The notes below the pieces were generated by a model. The model was not told where the DNA came from and did not search any database. It worked only from the letters and a program-made list of their open reading frames with translations. The position numbers and the translations under genes were made by a program. From Nanobdellota archaeon (GTDB taxonomy: Archaea; Aenigmatarchaeota; Aenigmatarchaeia; QMZP01), in NCBI GenBank assembly GCA_043814765.1, contig JBDRJQ010000028.1, forward strand, positions 1 to 64,000: a stretch of DNA of 64,000 nucleotides, written 5' to 3'. Within the stretch, counting starts at the first letter, position 1; each line of letters opens with the position of its first letter. Positions 1-8,367 of this stretch are shown here, one piece after another.

Positions 1-2651
1 GAGCCTATGAACCCCCCAAGATTGACATGAGGCCATTTCTCAGTGCCGTCAGGGTTGAGTGCGAAAAAGTTGCCTGAATAATTACCGAAATATAAAGTCC
101 CGTCCTCGGCAACTGCTGGCGAACAGAATATCGTATTGCCAGTCTGGTAGGTCCACTCTATGGCGTTGGTTTGCGGACCAGTGAAAAAGCTCTGGCCTGT
201 TCTCTGATGGTCATGCTGGAACATTGGCCAAATGCAAGCAACCTCAATACTAAACGGCTCGTCGCTGACATCATACACTGCAGTATCATCTGTCGAAGAA
301 ACCCGCACCCATACTGTGCTGTTAGGATAATCAGGGACTTCCCACAAACAGCTGCCGTCGTTGGTTTCGCCAGCGGCAATTGTGTGAATGTCTGATACGA
401 AACTGTCATTGGAATATTCAAGGAATACAGTTCCTGCAACATCATTCGAATCCCAGGTGATTTCTTCGTAGGTTTCTGTGACAAATGTTTCGCCGCCGTT
501 TGGTGATGTGACTAAAATCCATGGATCCAATGGTTCAGGGACAATACTGAAGTCATCATCCGAAGTGTCAGAGACAGCGGGGCTGTCAATAGATGTAATC
601 CGGATTCTGACAGTATCTGATACGTCGTCGGGAACTGTCCACATATGGCTTCCGTCGTTAGGAGTATCCGAAATTATAGTGATAATGTTAGAAATGAAAC
701 CATCTTTGGAATATTCAATAAGAACATTCCCAGTGACATATTCAGAATTCCACAGAATTGAATGCTCTGTGATGACTTGCAAAAATTCGCCGCCGTTTGG
801 TGATATAACTGCAATCCATGGGGGAGGCTCGTAGATGATGGTAAAATACGCTTCAGACTCGTCGTACGCATCCGGGTCCATGGTCGAGCTGACCCTGACC
901 TTGACTGTGTCTGATGGGTCCACAGGAATGTCCCAGAGAAAGCTGCCATCATTATCCTCATGGTCGGATATAGGATGAATATCAGCTGTAAAATCATCCT
1001 TTGAGTACTCAAGGAACACGGTTCCTGTTATATTTCCGGATTCCCAGAATATCTCCTCAATGGTCTCAGCTTCCCAGATTTCGCTGCCATTCGGCGAGAT
1101 GAGGTTTATCCACGGCGTTGGTGGGCCGAGGATTGTGAATGCGTTTGAAACGTCATTTACATTTGGATCATCAAACGAGCTTATTCTGATTCGCACATTT
1201 GATGACGGGTCGTCTGGAACAATCCAGATGTGAGAACCGTCGTTCGGTTCATTCGGGCTTATTGAATGAATGTCAGTGTTGAAATCATCCTTGGAATAAT
1301 CTATAAAGACATTTCCTGGCACGTTTGCTGATGTCCAGGTAATCTCCTGCTCGGCACCAGGCTGCAGCTGATACCAATAATTCGGAGATATGATTTCTAT
1401 GCTCGGGTTTGGATTGTAGTCCAAAACCGGCAGATTAAAAACCCTGAAGAACGCTGCTAAAGTGTCATTCTCAGCATCGTTATGTATGCCGGATGAGTGA
1501 GTATAAGTGTAATCCGGATTCTCAATAATGACCCAGAGCTCATTGCCTTCAAGTTTTGTTGGATCTGTGGGGATTTCAGCATGATAGCTGTAGACGTTGG
1601 GATAAGGATTGTCTGCAACTTCCATGTCTAAGTGATAAGGTGCTAAAAGGACATCGCTTTCTATAATGATGTCGTAATCTTCCATGACGCCCTGATTAGG
1701 CGTGGCAAACCAATCGAAAACGTCAATGTCAAGAATCAAATCACCGCCGTTCTCGTCTGAGTTTGCATAGTACATTGTGCTGCTGCTGGCATCCAGCGTT
1801 GCGCACTGCGCCTCATGACTATGCGCCGGATGGTTTTCCGGTTTCGGGCCGTTCCAAGAAGCTATGATTGCATAATTAAACACAATTCCCGGAATGTTCG
1901 GAAACCTGATTTTGTAATTTCTACTCAAATACGAGTAGTACAGAAATGTCCCGACATCAGGTTCTCCTGATGTTAAATAACTCATGAGGTCTTCATCAGT
2001 CTCAACAATTCCTTTTCCAAAATACTTGTAGGGGTTTATTGTTGAACTGCCGACAAAATTGTCTGGGCACGCAATCTTCCCTTCTGTATAGCCTGCAAGC
2101 CCGGGATTCATGAATTCATTCGGATTAAACCATCTTGTGTATCCGTCTGCATTGACAAGAACCTGGTCGATTCCAGCAACCGGAATCCTCGCATCCGGAC
2201 TGATATCATACTTTAAGTTTGCGTGCCCGTTGCCAATATAGACCCCGCGGACGTCATAGACGTCTGTTTCTGGATTGTTAATCGGATGCCTAATGCTCGC
2301 ATTAACATCCAGAATCGTTTCGCCTGGTATTGTAGTTGTGTCGATGTCGTTGAACGACAGAATCAGGCACTGGTGATTATGATTAAGCAGTCCAACAACA
2401 TTGTACGTCTCTGCCACGGTTCTATTCGGTTCCGCTTCAATTGTCTGGTTTTCAATGTCCACGGTAACAGTATAGAATCCCCACAGCTGAGTGGCTGTGA
2501 GATTTGCTTCGCGCTTTATGGCAAGCATATCTGTTGTCGAGTTATCGACAAATGATGGAACAGTTGGCGCAACTGATCCGCTTCCGCTTCCGCAGGAAGA
2601 GGCCAGCGGAAGAGCCAGAAGGAGAAATAACACTGCAAAGAATCGATTCAT
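1..2651 (-). CDS. Large bacterial-style lipoprotein, 3'-partial (>880 aa): lipobox signal peptide, N-terminal domain, 4 SPNGGE-type Ig-like repeats, start of a PQQ-like beta-propeller
   Basis: Absent from the ORF track, presumably because it runs off the window edge. ATG at 2651 after SD AAGGAGG; begins MNRFFAVLFLLLALPLASSC-GSGSGS. The same frame at the window edge reads WPMFQHDHQRTG...SPAVAEDGTLYFG...FALNPDGTEKW. Confidence 0.85.
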   Translation of the reverse strand, partial: MNRFFAVLFLLLALPLASSCGSGSGSVAPTVPSFVDNSTTDMLAIKREANLTATQLWGFYTVTVDIENQTIEAEPNRTVAETYNVVGLLNHNHQCLILSFNDIDTTTIPGETILDVNASIRHPINNPETDVYDVRGVYIGNGHANLKYDISPDARIPVAGIDQVLVNADGYTRWFNPNEFMNPGLAGYTEGKIACPDNFVGSSTINPYKYFGKGIVETDEDLMSYLTSGEPDVGTFLYYSYLSRNYKIRFPNIPGIVFNYAIIASWNGPKPENHPAHSHEAQCATLDASSSTMYYANSDENGGDLILDIDVFDWFATPNQGVMEDYDIIIESDVLLAPYHLDMEVADNPYPNVYSYHAEIPTDPTKLEGNELWVIIENPDYTYTHSSGIHNDAENDTLAAFFRVFNLPVLDYNPNPSIEIISPNYWYQLQPGAEQEITWTSANVPGNVFIDYSKDDFNTDIHSISPNEPNDGSHIWIVPDDPSSNVRIRISSFDDPNVNDVSNAFTILGPPTPWINLISPNGSEIWEAETIEEIFWESGNITGTVFLEYSKDDFTADIHPISDHEDNDGSFLWDIPVDPSDTVKVRVSSTMDPDAYDESEAYFTIIYEPPPWIAVISPNGGEFLQVITEHSILWNSEYVTGNVLIEYSKDGFISNIITIISDTPNDGSHMWTVPDDVSDTVRIRITSIDSPAVSDTSDDDFSIVPEPLDPWILVTSPNGGETFVTETYEEITWDSNDVAGTVFLEYSNDSFVSDIHTIAAGETNDGSCLWEVPDYPNSTVWVRVSSTDDTAVYDVSDEPFSIEVACIWPMFQHDHQRTGQSFFTGPQTNAIEWTYQTGNTIFCSPAVAEDGTLYFGNYSGNFFALNPDGTEKWPHVNLGGFIG
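480..1410 (-). repeat. Four ~100-aa (~300-bp) intragenic repeats
   Basis: Units begin PSIEIISPNYW, PWINLISPNGSE, PWIAVISPNGGE and PWILVTSPNGGE; each later has W.S...GNV..EYSKDDF-like and NDGS..W motifs. Confidence 0.8.
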
Positions 2652-2797
2652 GTTTAGCCTCCTTGGCTATAGTTTTTTGTAAGAAAAATACTGTATATCC
2701 ATTTGGATTTGTCACAAGGCAAGTTTCTTGCGTCGTGAATTTATAGTGAATGTGTAGAGCATAATAACGATTAATACAAGTATTGTTACTAAAGTGG

Positions 2798-2810
2798 TAT
2801 AAAAAGGTTT
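2798..2810 (-). promoter_or_regulatory. Archaeal BRE-TATA promoter for the lipoprotein gene
   Basis: AAACCTTTTTATA on the minus strand, the same pattern as AAACCTTT(T)AT at ~10771, ~13547 and ~62702. Confidence 0.55.
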
Positions 2811-2850
2811 CTCTTGCAGGCAGTTAATATCCCCAATAATTGACAGTGAT

Positions 2851-2887
2851 AAACAGAACGCACTGACAGAGTCGGTGCTTTTGGTTT
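2851..2887. terminator. GC-rich hairpin with T-tract, intrinsic-terminator-like
   Basis: GCACTGAC-AGA-GTCGGTGC followed by TTTT, just past the stop of the 2913..3374 gene. Confidence 0.5.
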
Positions 2888-2912
2888 ATGTCATAAAGAG
2901 ACATTAAAAGGC

Positions 2913-3374
2913 TTAATTGTTGATTTCTCTCAGTCTGTTAGCGAGAGCTTCGATATCGTCGACTGGCATGCAACAGTTTATGAGGTTTCGCCAGATGTCG
3001 GGATTGATTCCGAACTCTTTGGACATAAAATCCCACTTTAACCCCACAACCTTTTCGCTCATGTCAAATCCGTCTGCATCAAACGGAATTCTCCACGGAC
3101 ACGAAATTTTGACTTCTTTGAAAACTCCGTGCTCTGGATTAACTTCTTCCATTCGAGAAGCTCCTAGTGGGGTTGAATCATAGAACTGATTGCCTGTGAC
3201 TTTGAATGGACCCACTACAAGCCTCTGCATACCGATTCCTATAAAGAAAATCGGCTCGAGCCTTTCAACAATTGTCTCCTCGCCGTACAGCAGAAGTTTG
3301 TTGTGCCATTGGATTGGCCAGTTCTGGTTGAGAAAAAAAACGAATGGATTTCTTGTTGGTTTTTCGTCTGCCAC
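2913..3374 (-). CDS. Hypothetical protein, possibly EVE/PUA-like domain
   Basis: GTG start after SD GGAGGT; GPFKVTGNQFYDSTP...CPWRIPF resembles the EVE-domain G.F.V....Y.D...yP.R pattern. Confidence 0.5.
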   Translation of the reverse strand: MADEKPTRNPFVFFLNQNWPIQWHNKLLLYGEETIVERLEPIFFIGIGMQRLVVGPFKVTGNQFYDSTPLGASRMEEVNPEHGVFKEVKISCPWRIPFDADGFDMSEKVVGLKWDFMSKEFGINPDIWRNLINCCMPVDDIEALANRLREINN

Positions 3375-3402
3375 TTTTGAGTGACCTCCATGAAAATAGT
3401 AT

Positions 3403-3478
3403 TTTCCCTAAACATCCTCGTTTTGCCCTTCGGGTCATCGCATCGCATGTGTCTTGCGTCGCGGGATTGTTTAGGAAA
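3403..3478 (-). ncRNA. Putative structured 5' leader RNA (multibranch)
   Basis: Long closing stem TTTCCTAAACA-ATCC / GGA-TGTTTAGGGAAA encloses the hairpins CGCA/TGCG and CCC-GAA-GGG; lies between a TATA-like TTTTAAA (~3522-3528) and the SD. Confidence 0.4.
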
Positions 3479-3552
3479 TTTGTGAACATGACAATATTGT
3501 ACCAAATTCTTCCTTTGATGGTTTAAAAGCATTTCTTTTGCTGAAAGGATAG

Positions 3553-4443
3553 CTATTTAGTCATTGCTGTTCGAAGCTTTAACAGGGCTTTGTTCTTTAT
3601 CTGCCTTGTCCTCTCTTTTGTTATGTCATATGTTCTTCCAGTGTCTTCAAGAGTCATTGCATACTCTCTGTTTAAACCTGTTATTTTTTTTAAAATATCA
3701 GTTTCCCTTTCATCCAGTTCTTCTTCCATAAGCCTGAACAAATAGTTTCTCAAAGATGCTCTTTCTGCTAACACATCCGGCCCTTTAACATTAATATCTT
3801 CTAAAAGGTTTATCAATTCAGTATTTCCTTCTCCTGCTAAATCATTCAACGAAATAACTTCACCCATTACATAAACATCAGCAACCATGTCTGCTATATT
3901 TTCAGACAATCCTGTTTTATTTCTAAATGCATCTTTAGCTTCATCTTCTGTTGGCTCTCTGCCAAAATTGCTTTTGAATTCATTTATTGCCTTTTGATAG
4001 TTTCTTAATTTATAAGTCATGTATACTGGCTTTCTTATTATTTTTTCTGAATCTGCTATAGACTTTGTGAGCCTTTGCCTTATCCACCAAGCAGCATAAG
4101 TCAAAAATCTAAAGCCTGTTTCCGGATCATATTTTCTTGTTGCTTCAATAAGCCCATCATTTCCTTCTTGTACAATATCCATAAATGACAGGTGGGAAAT
4201 ATTATGATATTTCTTTGCTATTGACACGACAAATCTTAGATTAGAAGTTACAAGTTTTTCAATCGCTTCCAGCCTTTCTTCTTCAGTATAATTGCCATTA
4301 TCATCCTGTATGATTCTTCCATATATTATTTCTTCTATTTTACTGAGTAAAGGATATTGAGATATCTCAGTAAAGTATGCTTTAACATGATCATCAAGCC
4401 TTTCTTCTTCAGAGTAAAATTGATTCTCTTCAAGGGTTTTCAT
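3553..4443 (-). CDS. RNA polymerase sigma-70 factor, RpoD/SigA-like, lacking region 1.1 (296 aa)
   Basis: Region 1.2 AYFTEISQYPLLS; region 2 KLVTSNLRFVVSIAKKY, DIVQEGNDGL, YDPETGFRFLTYAAWWIRQ; region 3 GREPT, ISLN; region 4 MTLEDTG...TKERTRQIKNKALLKLR. Start taken as ATG 4443. Confidence 0.95.
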   Translation of the reverse strand: MKTLEENQFYSEEERLDDHVKAYFTEISQYPLLSKIEEIIYGRIIQDDNGNYTEEERLEAIEKLVTSNLRFVVSIAKKYHNISHLSFMDIVQEGNDGLIEATRKYDPETGFRFLTYAAWWIRQRLTKSIADSEKIIRKPVYMTYKLRNYQKAINEFKSNFGREPTEDEAKDAFRNKTGLSENIADMVADVYVMGEVISLNDLAGEGNTELINLLEDINVKGPDVLAERASLRNYLFRLMEEELDERETDILKKITGLNREYAMTLEDTGRTYDITKERTRQIKNKALLKLRTAMTK

Positions 4444-4501
4444 GATTAAAAGATGGTAAGAATGTATTAAACATTTAACTGAGCTCAAATAACTATATAA
4501 T

Positions 4502-4786
4502 ATGATAATTGACGCGGCTGTATGGGTATTTGTTGCCGGGTTTCTTGGCGGTGTGATACGCGGCTTGGTTGGCATTGCTAAAGAGATAAGATCGTCTCCG
4601 CGGAGCAAAAGAAACCTGCGTCCCGACTACATTCTCGTGACGATTCTTGCCGCAGGCGGCCTGGGGTTGCTGGTCGGCGTATTCATTACTGAAGACATCA
4701 GGTTTGCACTGCTGGCAGGCTATGCAGGCGCGGACTTCGTTGAGTCGCTGTTCAAGATAAAGATGAAAAAGCAGACATGGGGTTAA
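4502..4786 (+). CDS. Small membrane protein (about 3 TM)
   Basis: Gly-rich hydrophobic helices (GFLGGVIRGLVG; ALLAGYAGADFVE). Confidence 0.75.
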   Translation: MIIDAAVWVFVAGFLGGVIRGLVGIAKEIRSSPRSKRNLRPDYILVTILAAGGLGLLVGVFITEDIRFALLAGYAGADFVESLFKIKMKKQTWG

Positions 4787-5041
4787 ATGATTTTAGAGAT
4801 TTTAGCAACAATGTTTGGAATAATAAGTGGAATAGCAAATCTTCCACAGGCTTACAGAATATTCAAAAGAAAGAGCGCTAAGGATATTTCTATCTTAACA
4901 TATTCAATTTTAATTGTTGGAGCAATTATTTGGCTTCTGTATGGAATTGAGCTTGCGAACTTTCCTATAATAATAACCAACGCAATTGGTTCAATAAACA
5001 TAGGTTTAGTGATTGTTGGATGGTATTTCTATGGGCGTTAG
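4787..5041 (+). CDS. SemiSWEET/PQ-loop transporter
   Basis: 84 aa, 3 TM, LPQAYRIFKRKSAKDIS and WLLYG...PIIITN motifs. Confidence 0.9.
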   Translation: MILEILATMFGIISGIANLPQAYRIFKRKSAKDISILTYSILIVGAIIWLLYGIELANFPIIITNAIGSINIGLVIVGWYFYGR

Positions 5042-5546
5042 GTATCTGATTTCAGTTATTGTATTATTTTTAATCATTCCAGTCGTGTCTGCTGAGACCA
5101 ATGTTGTCCCGTATATAGAAGGCAATTGCATGGACTACAATGTTTCTGCAACAGCGCTTGCGGATGAAGGCAGGGTGTCCCAACTGGAAGAAGGCTGCTA
5201 CGACATAAAGGTTGACATAACAACCCCTAATGGCCGTGTTGGAGAGATATATGATCCAAAGGAAGGATGGAAATCATCTTACTATTATGTCAATGAAATA
5301 TGCATAAGCGCAGGAGACGAGATAACAGTGCAGACAAGGGCGTCTCAGGATCCTGTGCTCAATTTCAAGGTAACACTGAAATCAGGCTCGTCCCAGTGGG
5401 AGTCAAAATATCAGGAAGTGGTTCAGGATTGTCCTTCCGCATGGTTTGACGAAACTCCTATAGAATACTTCCTTCTGCCAGTTCTTTTATCTGCTGTAAT
5501 AATGTTTGCAGTGATTGTTTTGTATGTTAAGAAGTGGAAGAAGTAA
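5031..5546 (+). CDS. Secreted protein with C-terminal membrane anchor
   Basis: Signal peptide (...LIIPVVSA), C-terminal TM plus KKWKK; ATG at 5031. Confidence 0.75.
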   Translation: MGVRYLISVIVLFLIIPVVSAETNVVPYIEGNCMDYNVSATALADEGRVSQLEEGCYDIKVDITTPNGRVGEIYDPKEGWKSSYYYVNEICISAGDEITVQTRASQDPVLNFKVTLKSGSSQWESKYQEVVQDCPSAWFDETPIEYFLLPVLLSAVIMFAVIVLYVKKWKK

Positions 5547-5547
5547 A

Positions 5548-6063
5548 TTACGACAAAATCAGGATATTATTACCGTCATCATGCGTGTTGTGTATTCTTT
5601 CTATTGATTTTCTGTCGAATGATCTTAGCTGATCCTTTATGGTATCTGCATTCATTGAAAGGACTTTAATCACCTTCTCATCAATCTCTACAACAGGCAC
5701 TGTGTGAAAAACGATTCCGGAAGAGAAGGGCTTGTTGATGCCTATTGAAATCAGAACAGGCTTGCCTTTTTTCACTGCCTTTTCAATCTCGTCAATCTTT
5801 TCCTTTCCCTTTCCTCTAGGAAAGCTTAGTATGTTGAAGTTGACATGAGGATATTTTTCCTTTACCCTTTTTGCGACTTTTTCAAGATTGTTTGAGCCGT
5901 CGCCATTTTGCGGACTGAATCTTTCCTGAAAAGATTCTATTTCAGGAATCTCTACTCCCTTATACCTTAACATCCATTCTATACCAACTGGTATAGAACC
6001 CAAACTCTTGTCCCTCTGCATAATATTGACATTCTCATATCCTTCAAGTTTTATTTTAACCAC
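5548..6063 (-). CDS. Peptidase C39-like (papain-fold) protein with Ser at the catalytic Cys position
   Basis: Q....GSIPVGIEWMLRYKG, GKPVLISI and FHTVPVV match the C39-like layout. Confidence 0.55.
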   Translation of the reverse strand: MVKIKLEGYENVNIMQRDKSLGSIPVGIEWMLRYKGVEIPEIESFQERFSPQNGDGSNNLEKVAKRVKEKYPHVNFNILSFPRGKGKEKIDEIEKAVKKGKPVLISIGINKPFSSGIVFHTVPVVEIDEKVIKVLSMNADTIKDQLRSFDRKSIERIHNTHDDGNNILILS

Positions 6064-6194
6064 CTACTCAGAACAAATTCTATGTTATATTATTGTCTTA
6101 ACTCCTTAATATATCCCTATTATTAGAAAGAAGCTGTTCATAATATTCATAGCATCGATTAACATATATTAGGCAAATTTTCTAAATTTATAAT

Positions 6195-6866
6195 ATGCCT
6201 TCTCCAGGTAACAGTAAAAAAATAAAAAAGACAGCGAAATCTGTATTTGAAAAACACAAACATAAAATTGTTTTTTCAGCAAGTGCGGTTATTGTGATTG
6301 TTATTGTGGCTGCTATAGGATTCTTTGTTGGTGTGGGTTATCAAAGAGTTTTTATACCAGCAGAATGCAATTCTCCACTTGAAATAATTGGTAATGAATG
6401 CTGTCTTGATGAAGACAACACTGGTGTTTGTGACACGCATGAGGTTGAAGAAGAGCCTGAAGTAATAGCTCCGTATTGTGGTGATGGATCTTGTTTTGCA
6501 GAAACTGAAAATTGTGAAAACTGTGTAAAAGACTGTGGCACATGTTCCTTGGAAAAAATGACTAAGTTTAATGTAATAAACGTTTTTTGTAGTGCTACTT
6601 TGTCTAGGTTATTCTTTTCAATTAAAAACATACATGACGATACTCTCTTTATTAATGAGATTTGGATAAATGCTCCGAAAGGAAATGCAGATAATATTAT
6701 AGAAAAGATATGGAGAAACTATATTTCTTCTGATGGAGAGTTGGCTGATAGCTACAAAATAGATTGCGCTAATAGTGATTATTTTGAAATGCGTCTGAAA
6801 GGTTTAGACGAAAATAACAAACCATTTGATGAGTTTGGTCAATACAAAATAGAAGTAGTAGGATAG
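6195..6866 (+). CDS. Membrane-anchored Cys-rich surface protein
   Basis: Basic N-terminus, one TM, CNSP...ECCLDEDNTGVCD and YCGDGSC...ENCENCVKDCG.C motifs. Confidence 0.75.
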   Translation: MPSPGNSKKIKKTAKSVFEKHKHKIVFSASAVIVIVIVAAIGFFVGVGYQRVFIPAECNSPLEIIGNECCLDEDNTGVCDTHEVEEEPEVIAPYCGDGSCFAETENCENCVKDCGTCSLEKMTKFNVINVFCSATLSRLFFSIKNIHDDTLFINEIWINAPKGNADNIIEKIWRNYISSDGELADSYKIDCANSDYFEMRLKGLDENNKPFDEFGQYKIEVVG

Positions 6867-6895
6867 TCTTAAAAGATTTTGCAACAATTAGTTTT

Positions 6896-8365
6896 ATGGC
6901 CAGGATTCATGGAGATCATGTTGGAACAACATTTGATGATTTTCTTGTACTGCCAGGATTGCCTGGTGATGATTCACTAATACCTGACCATGTTACCTTA
7001 AAGTCAAGCATATCAGGAATAAAGCTTGAGATGCCTTTTTTCACTGCAGCAATGAGGTCTGTTACAGGCAAGGAGCTAGCCTTTAAAGCAGGCAAACTGG
7101 GAATGATGGCTGTTGCTCCCAGGGGGCTCAGCATAGAAAAGCAGGCAGAAATTGTTCGCTATGTTAAGGAAAGGGAAGTAAAGCCAGGCGAAATAGAATC
7201 GCTAACAAATCCAGCAATTGCTTATGACAATGCAAAGCTAGGAGATACCATTAAAACAGCAAAAGAGAGCGGGCACTCCAAAATACCAATCATAACAAAG
7301 AAATCAGATTTTATAGGAATGTTTGTTTACAATCCGTCTGAACATGACAGAATGAACATAGAGACTCCTATAACAAAGGTCATGCTGCCTTTCAAAGACG
7401 CAGAAGGAAATATTTTAACAGAGGTGTGCAAGGAAGGCATGAGCGATAATGAAATAAAAAACAAGATGAATGAGAAAAATTTCAGGTACTTGCCTATACT
7501 TGATGACATGGGAAGGCTGTCAAGATTGGTTTTTATACAAAAGGATGAAGCCTATAAAATAGGAGCTGCTATCGATACTCATCCTGGGTGGGAGAGCAGG
7601 GCTAGAACGCTAATTCTTGCAGGTGCAGACATGATATTCATAGATACATCTGACGGGCACAAAGCGTTTACAGTCAGTGTTGTCAAGAAATTCAAAGAGC
7701 TGTTTCCAAAGACTCCAATATGCGCAGGCAACATAGTTACTCCAGAAGCGTTTGAGTATTTGGCTGATGCTGGTGCAGACGCCATAAAGGTTGGAATGGG
7801 GCCAGGCTCTATTTGTACAACCAATGAGGTTTTGGGTATAGGCTCGCCTCCTTTCTGGGCGCTTGTTGAAGTGTGCAGCAAAAGAGATCAATACGCAAAT
7901 GAAAGGGGAAAATACATACCTGTTATAGTTGATGGTGGCATAGAGAGCACAAGTAACATGACTGTTGCATTGACGCATGCAGACGGCCTCATGGGCGGAA
8001 AGATATTCGGATGCTTTGATGAATCTGCTGGCGATAAAATAAAGAGAAACAACAAGATAGTTGGGGTCAGGCTTTACGGAGAGGCCTCGCAAGAGGCTTT
8101 TGAAACCACCGGTGACATGAAAAGATACTCTTTGCCAAACAGCGAAGAGAATATTACATCGTTTCAAGGAGTTAGCGGGATTGTGCCTTTTAGGGGCAGG
8201 TTCAAGCCAGGCGTTGAAATGTACATAAAAACTCTAAAAGAGGCTTTATTCCATACTGGTTCCAAGGACCTGAAGGAATACAGGGAAAAGGCAGTTCTGG
8301 TCAGAATGTCAGAGAGAGCAAAACAAACAGCTAAGCCTCATGGATTGGATGTTATTGGAGATTGA
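6896..8365 (+). CDS. guaB: IMP dehydrogenase with CBS domains
   Basis: TFDDFLVLPG, AGNIVT, catalytic KVGMGPGSICTT, PVIVDGGI, flap RY dyad (MKRYS). Confidence 0.9.
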   Translation: MARIHGDHVGTTFDDFLVLPGLPGDDSLIPDHVTLKSSISGIKLEMPFFTAAMRSVTGKELAFKAGKLGMMAVAPRGLSIEKQAEIVRYVKEREVKPGEIESLTNPAIAYDNAKLGDTIKTAKESGHSKIPIITKKSDFIGMFVYNPSEHDRMNIETPITKVMLPFKDAEGNILTEVCKEGMSDNEIKNKMNEKNFRYLPILDDMGRLSRLVFIQKDEAYKIGAAIDTHPGWESRARTLILAGADMIFIDTSDGHKAFTVSVVKKFKELFPKTPICAGNIVTPEAFEYLADAGADAIKVGMGPGSICTTNEVLGIGSPPFWALVEVCSKRDQYANERGKYIPVIVDGGIESTSNMTVALTHADGLMGGKIFGCFDESAGDKIKRNNKIVGVRLYGEASQEAFETTGDMKRYSLPNSEENITSFQGVSGIVPFRGRFKPGVEMYIKTLKEALFHTGSKDLKEYREKAVLVRMSERAKQTAKPHGLDVIGD

Positions 8366-8367
8366 TT

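Noticed and set aside
158..2746. Short ORFs listed in the track over the first 2.7 kb
   Set aside because: They are shadows of the long minus-strand lipoprotein frame.
2860..2884. tracrRNA, from the resemblance of GAGTCGGTGCTTTT to the SpCas9 tracrRNA 3' end
   Set aside because: No cas gene, array or anti-repeat is present; a generic terminator hairpin explains it.
3403..3478. Hammerhead ribozyme or c-di-GMP-I riboswitch
   Set aside because: The core reads GCGATGA/CAAAAC rather than CUGAUGA/CGAAAC, with no NUH site; the GEMM-like words are in the wrong order.
4444..4608. 55-aa N-terminal extension of the sigma factor in the ORF track
   Set aside because: It overlaps the divergent 4502 gene; a TATA box supports ATG 4443.
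6896..8365. GMP reductase instead of IMPDH
   Set aside because: The flap Arg-Tyr dyad (KRY) is present, which favours IMPDH.
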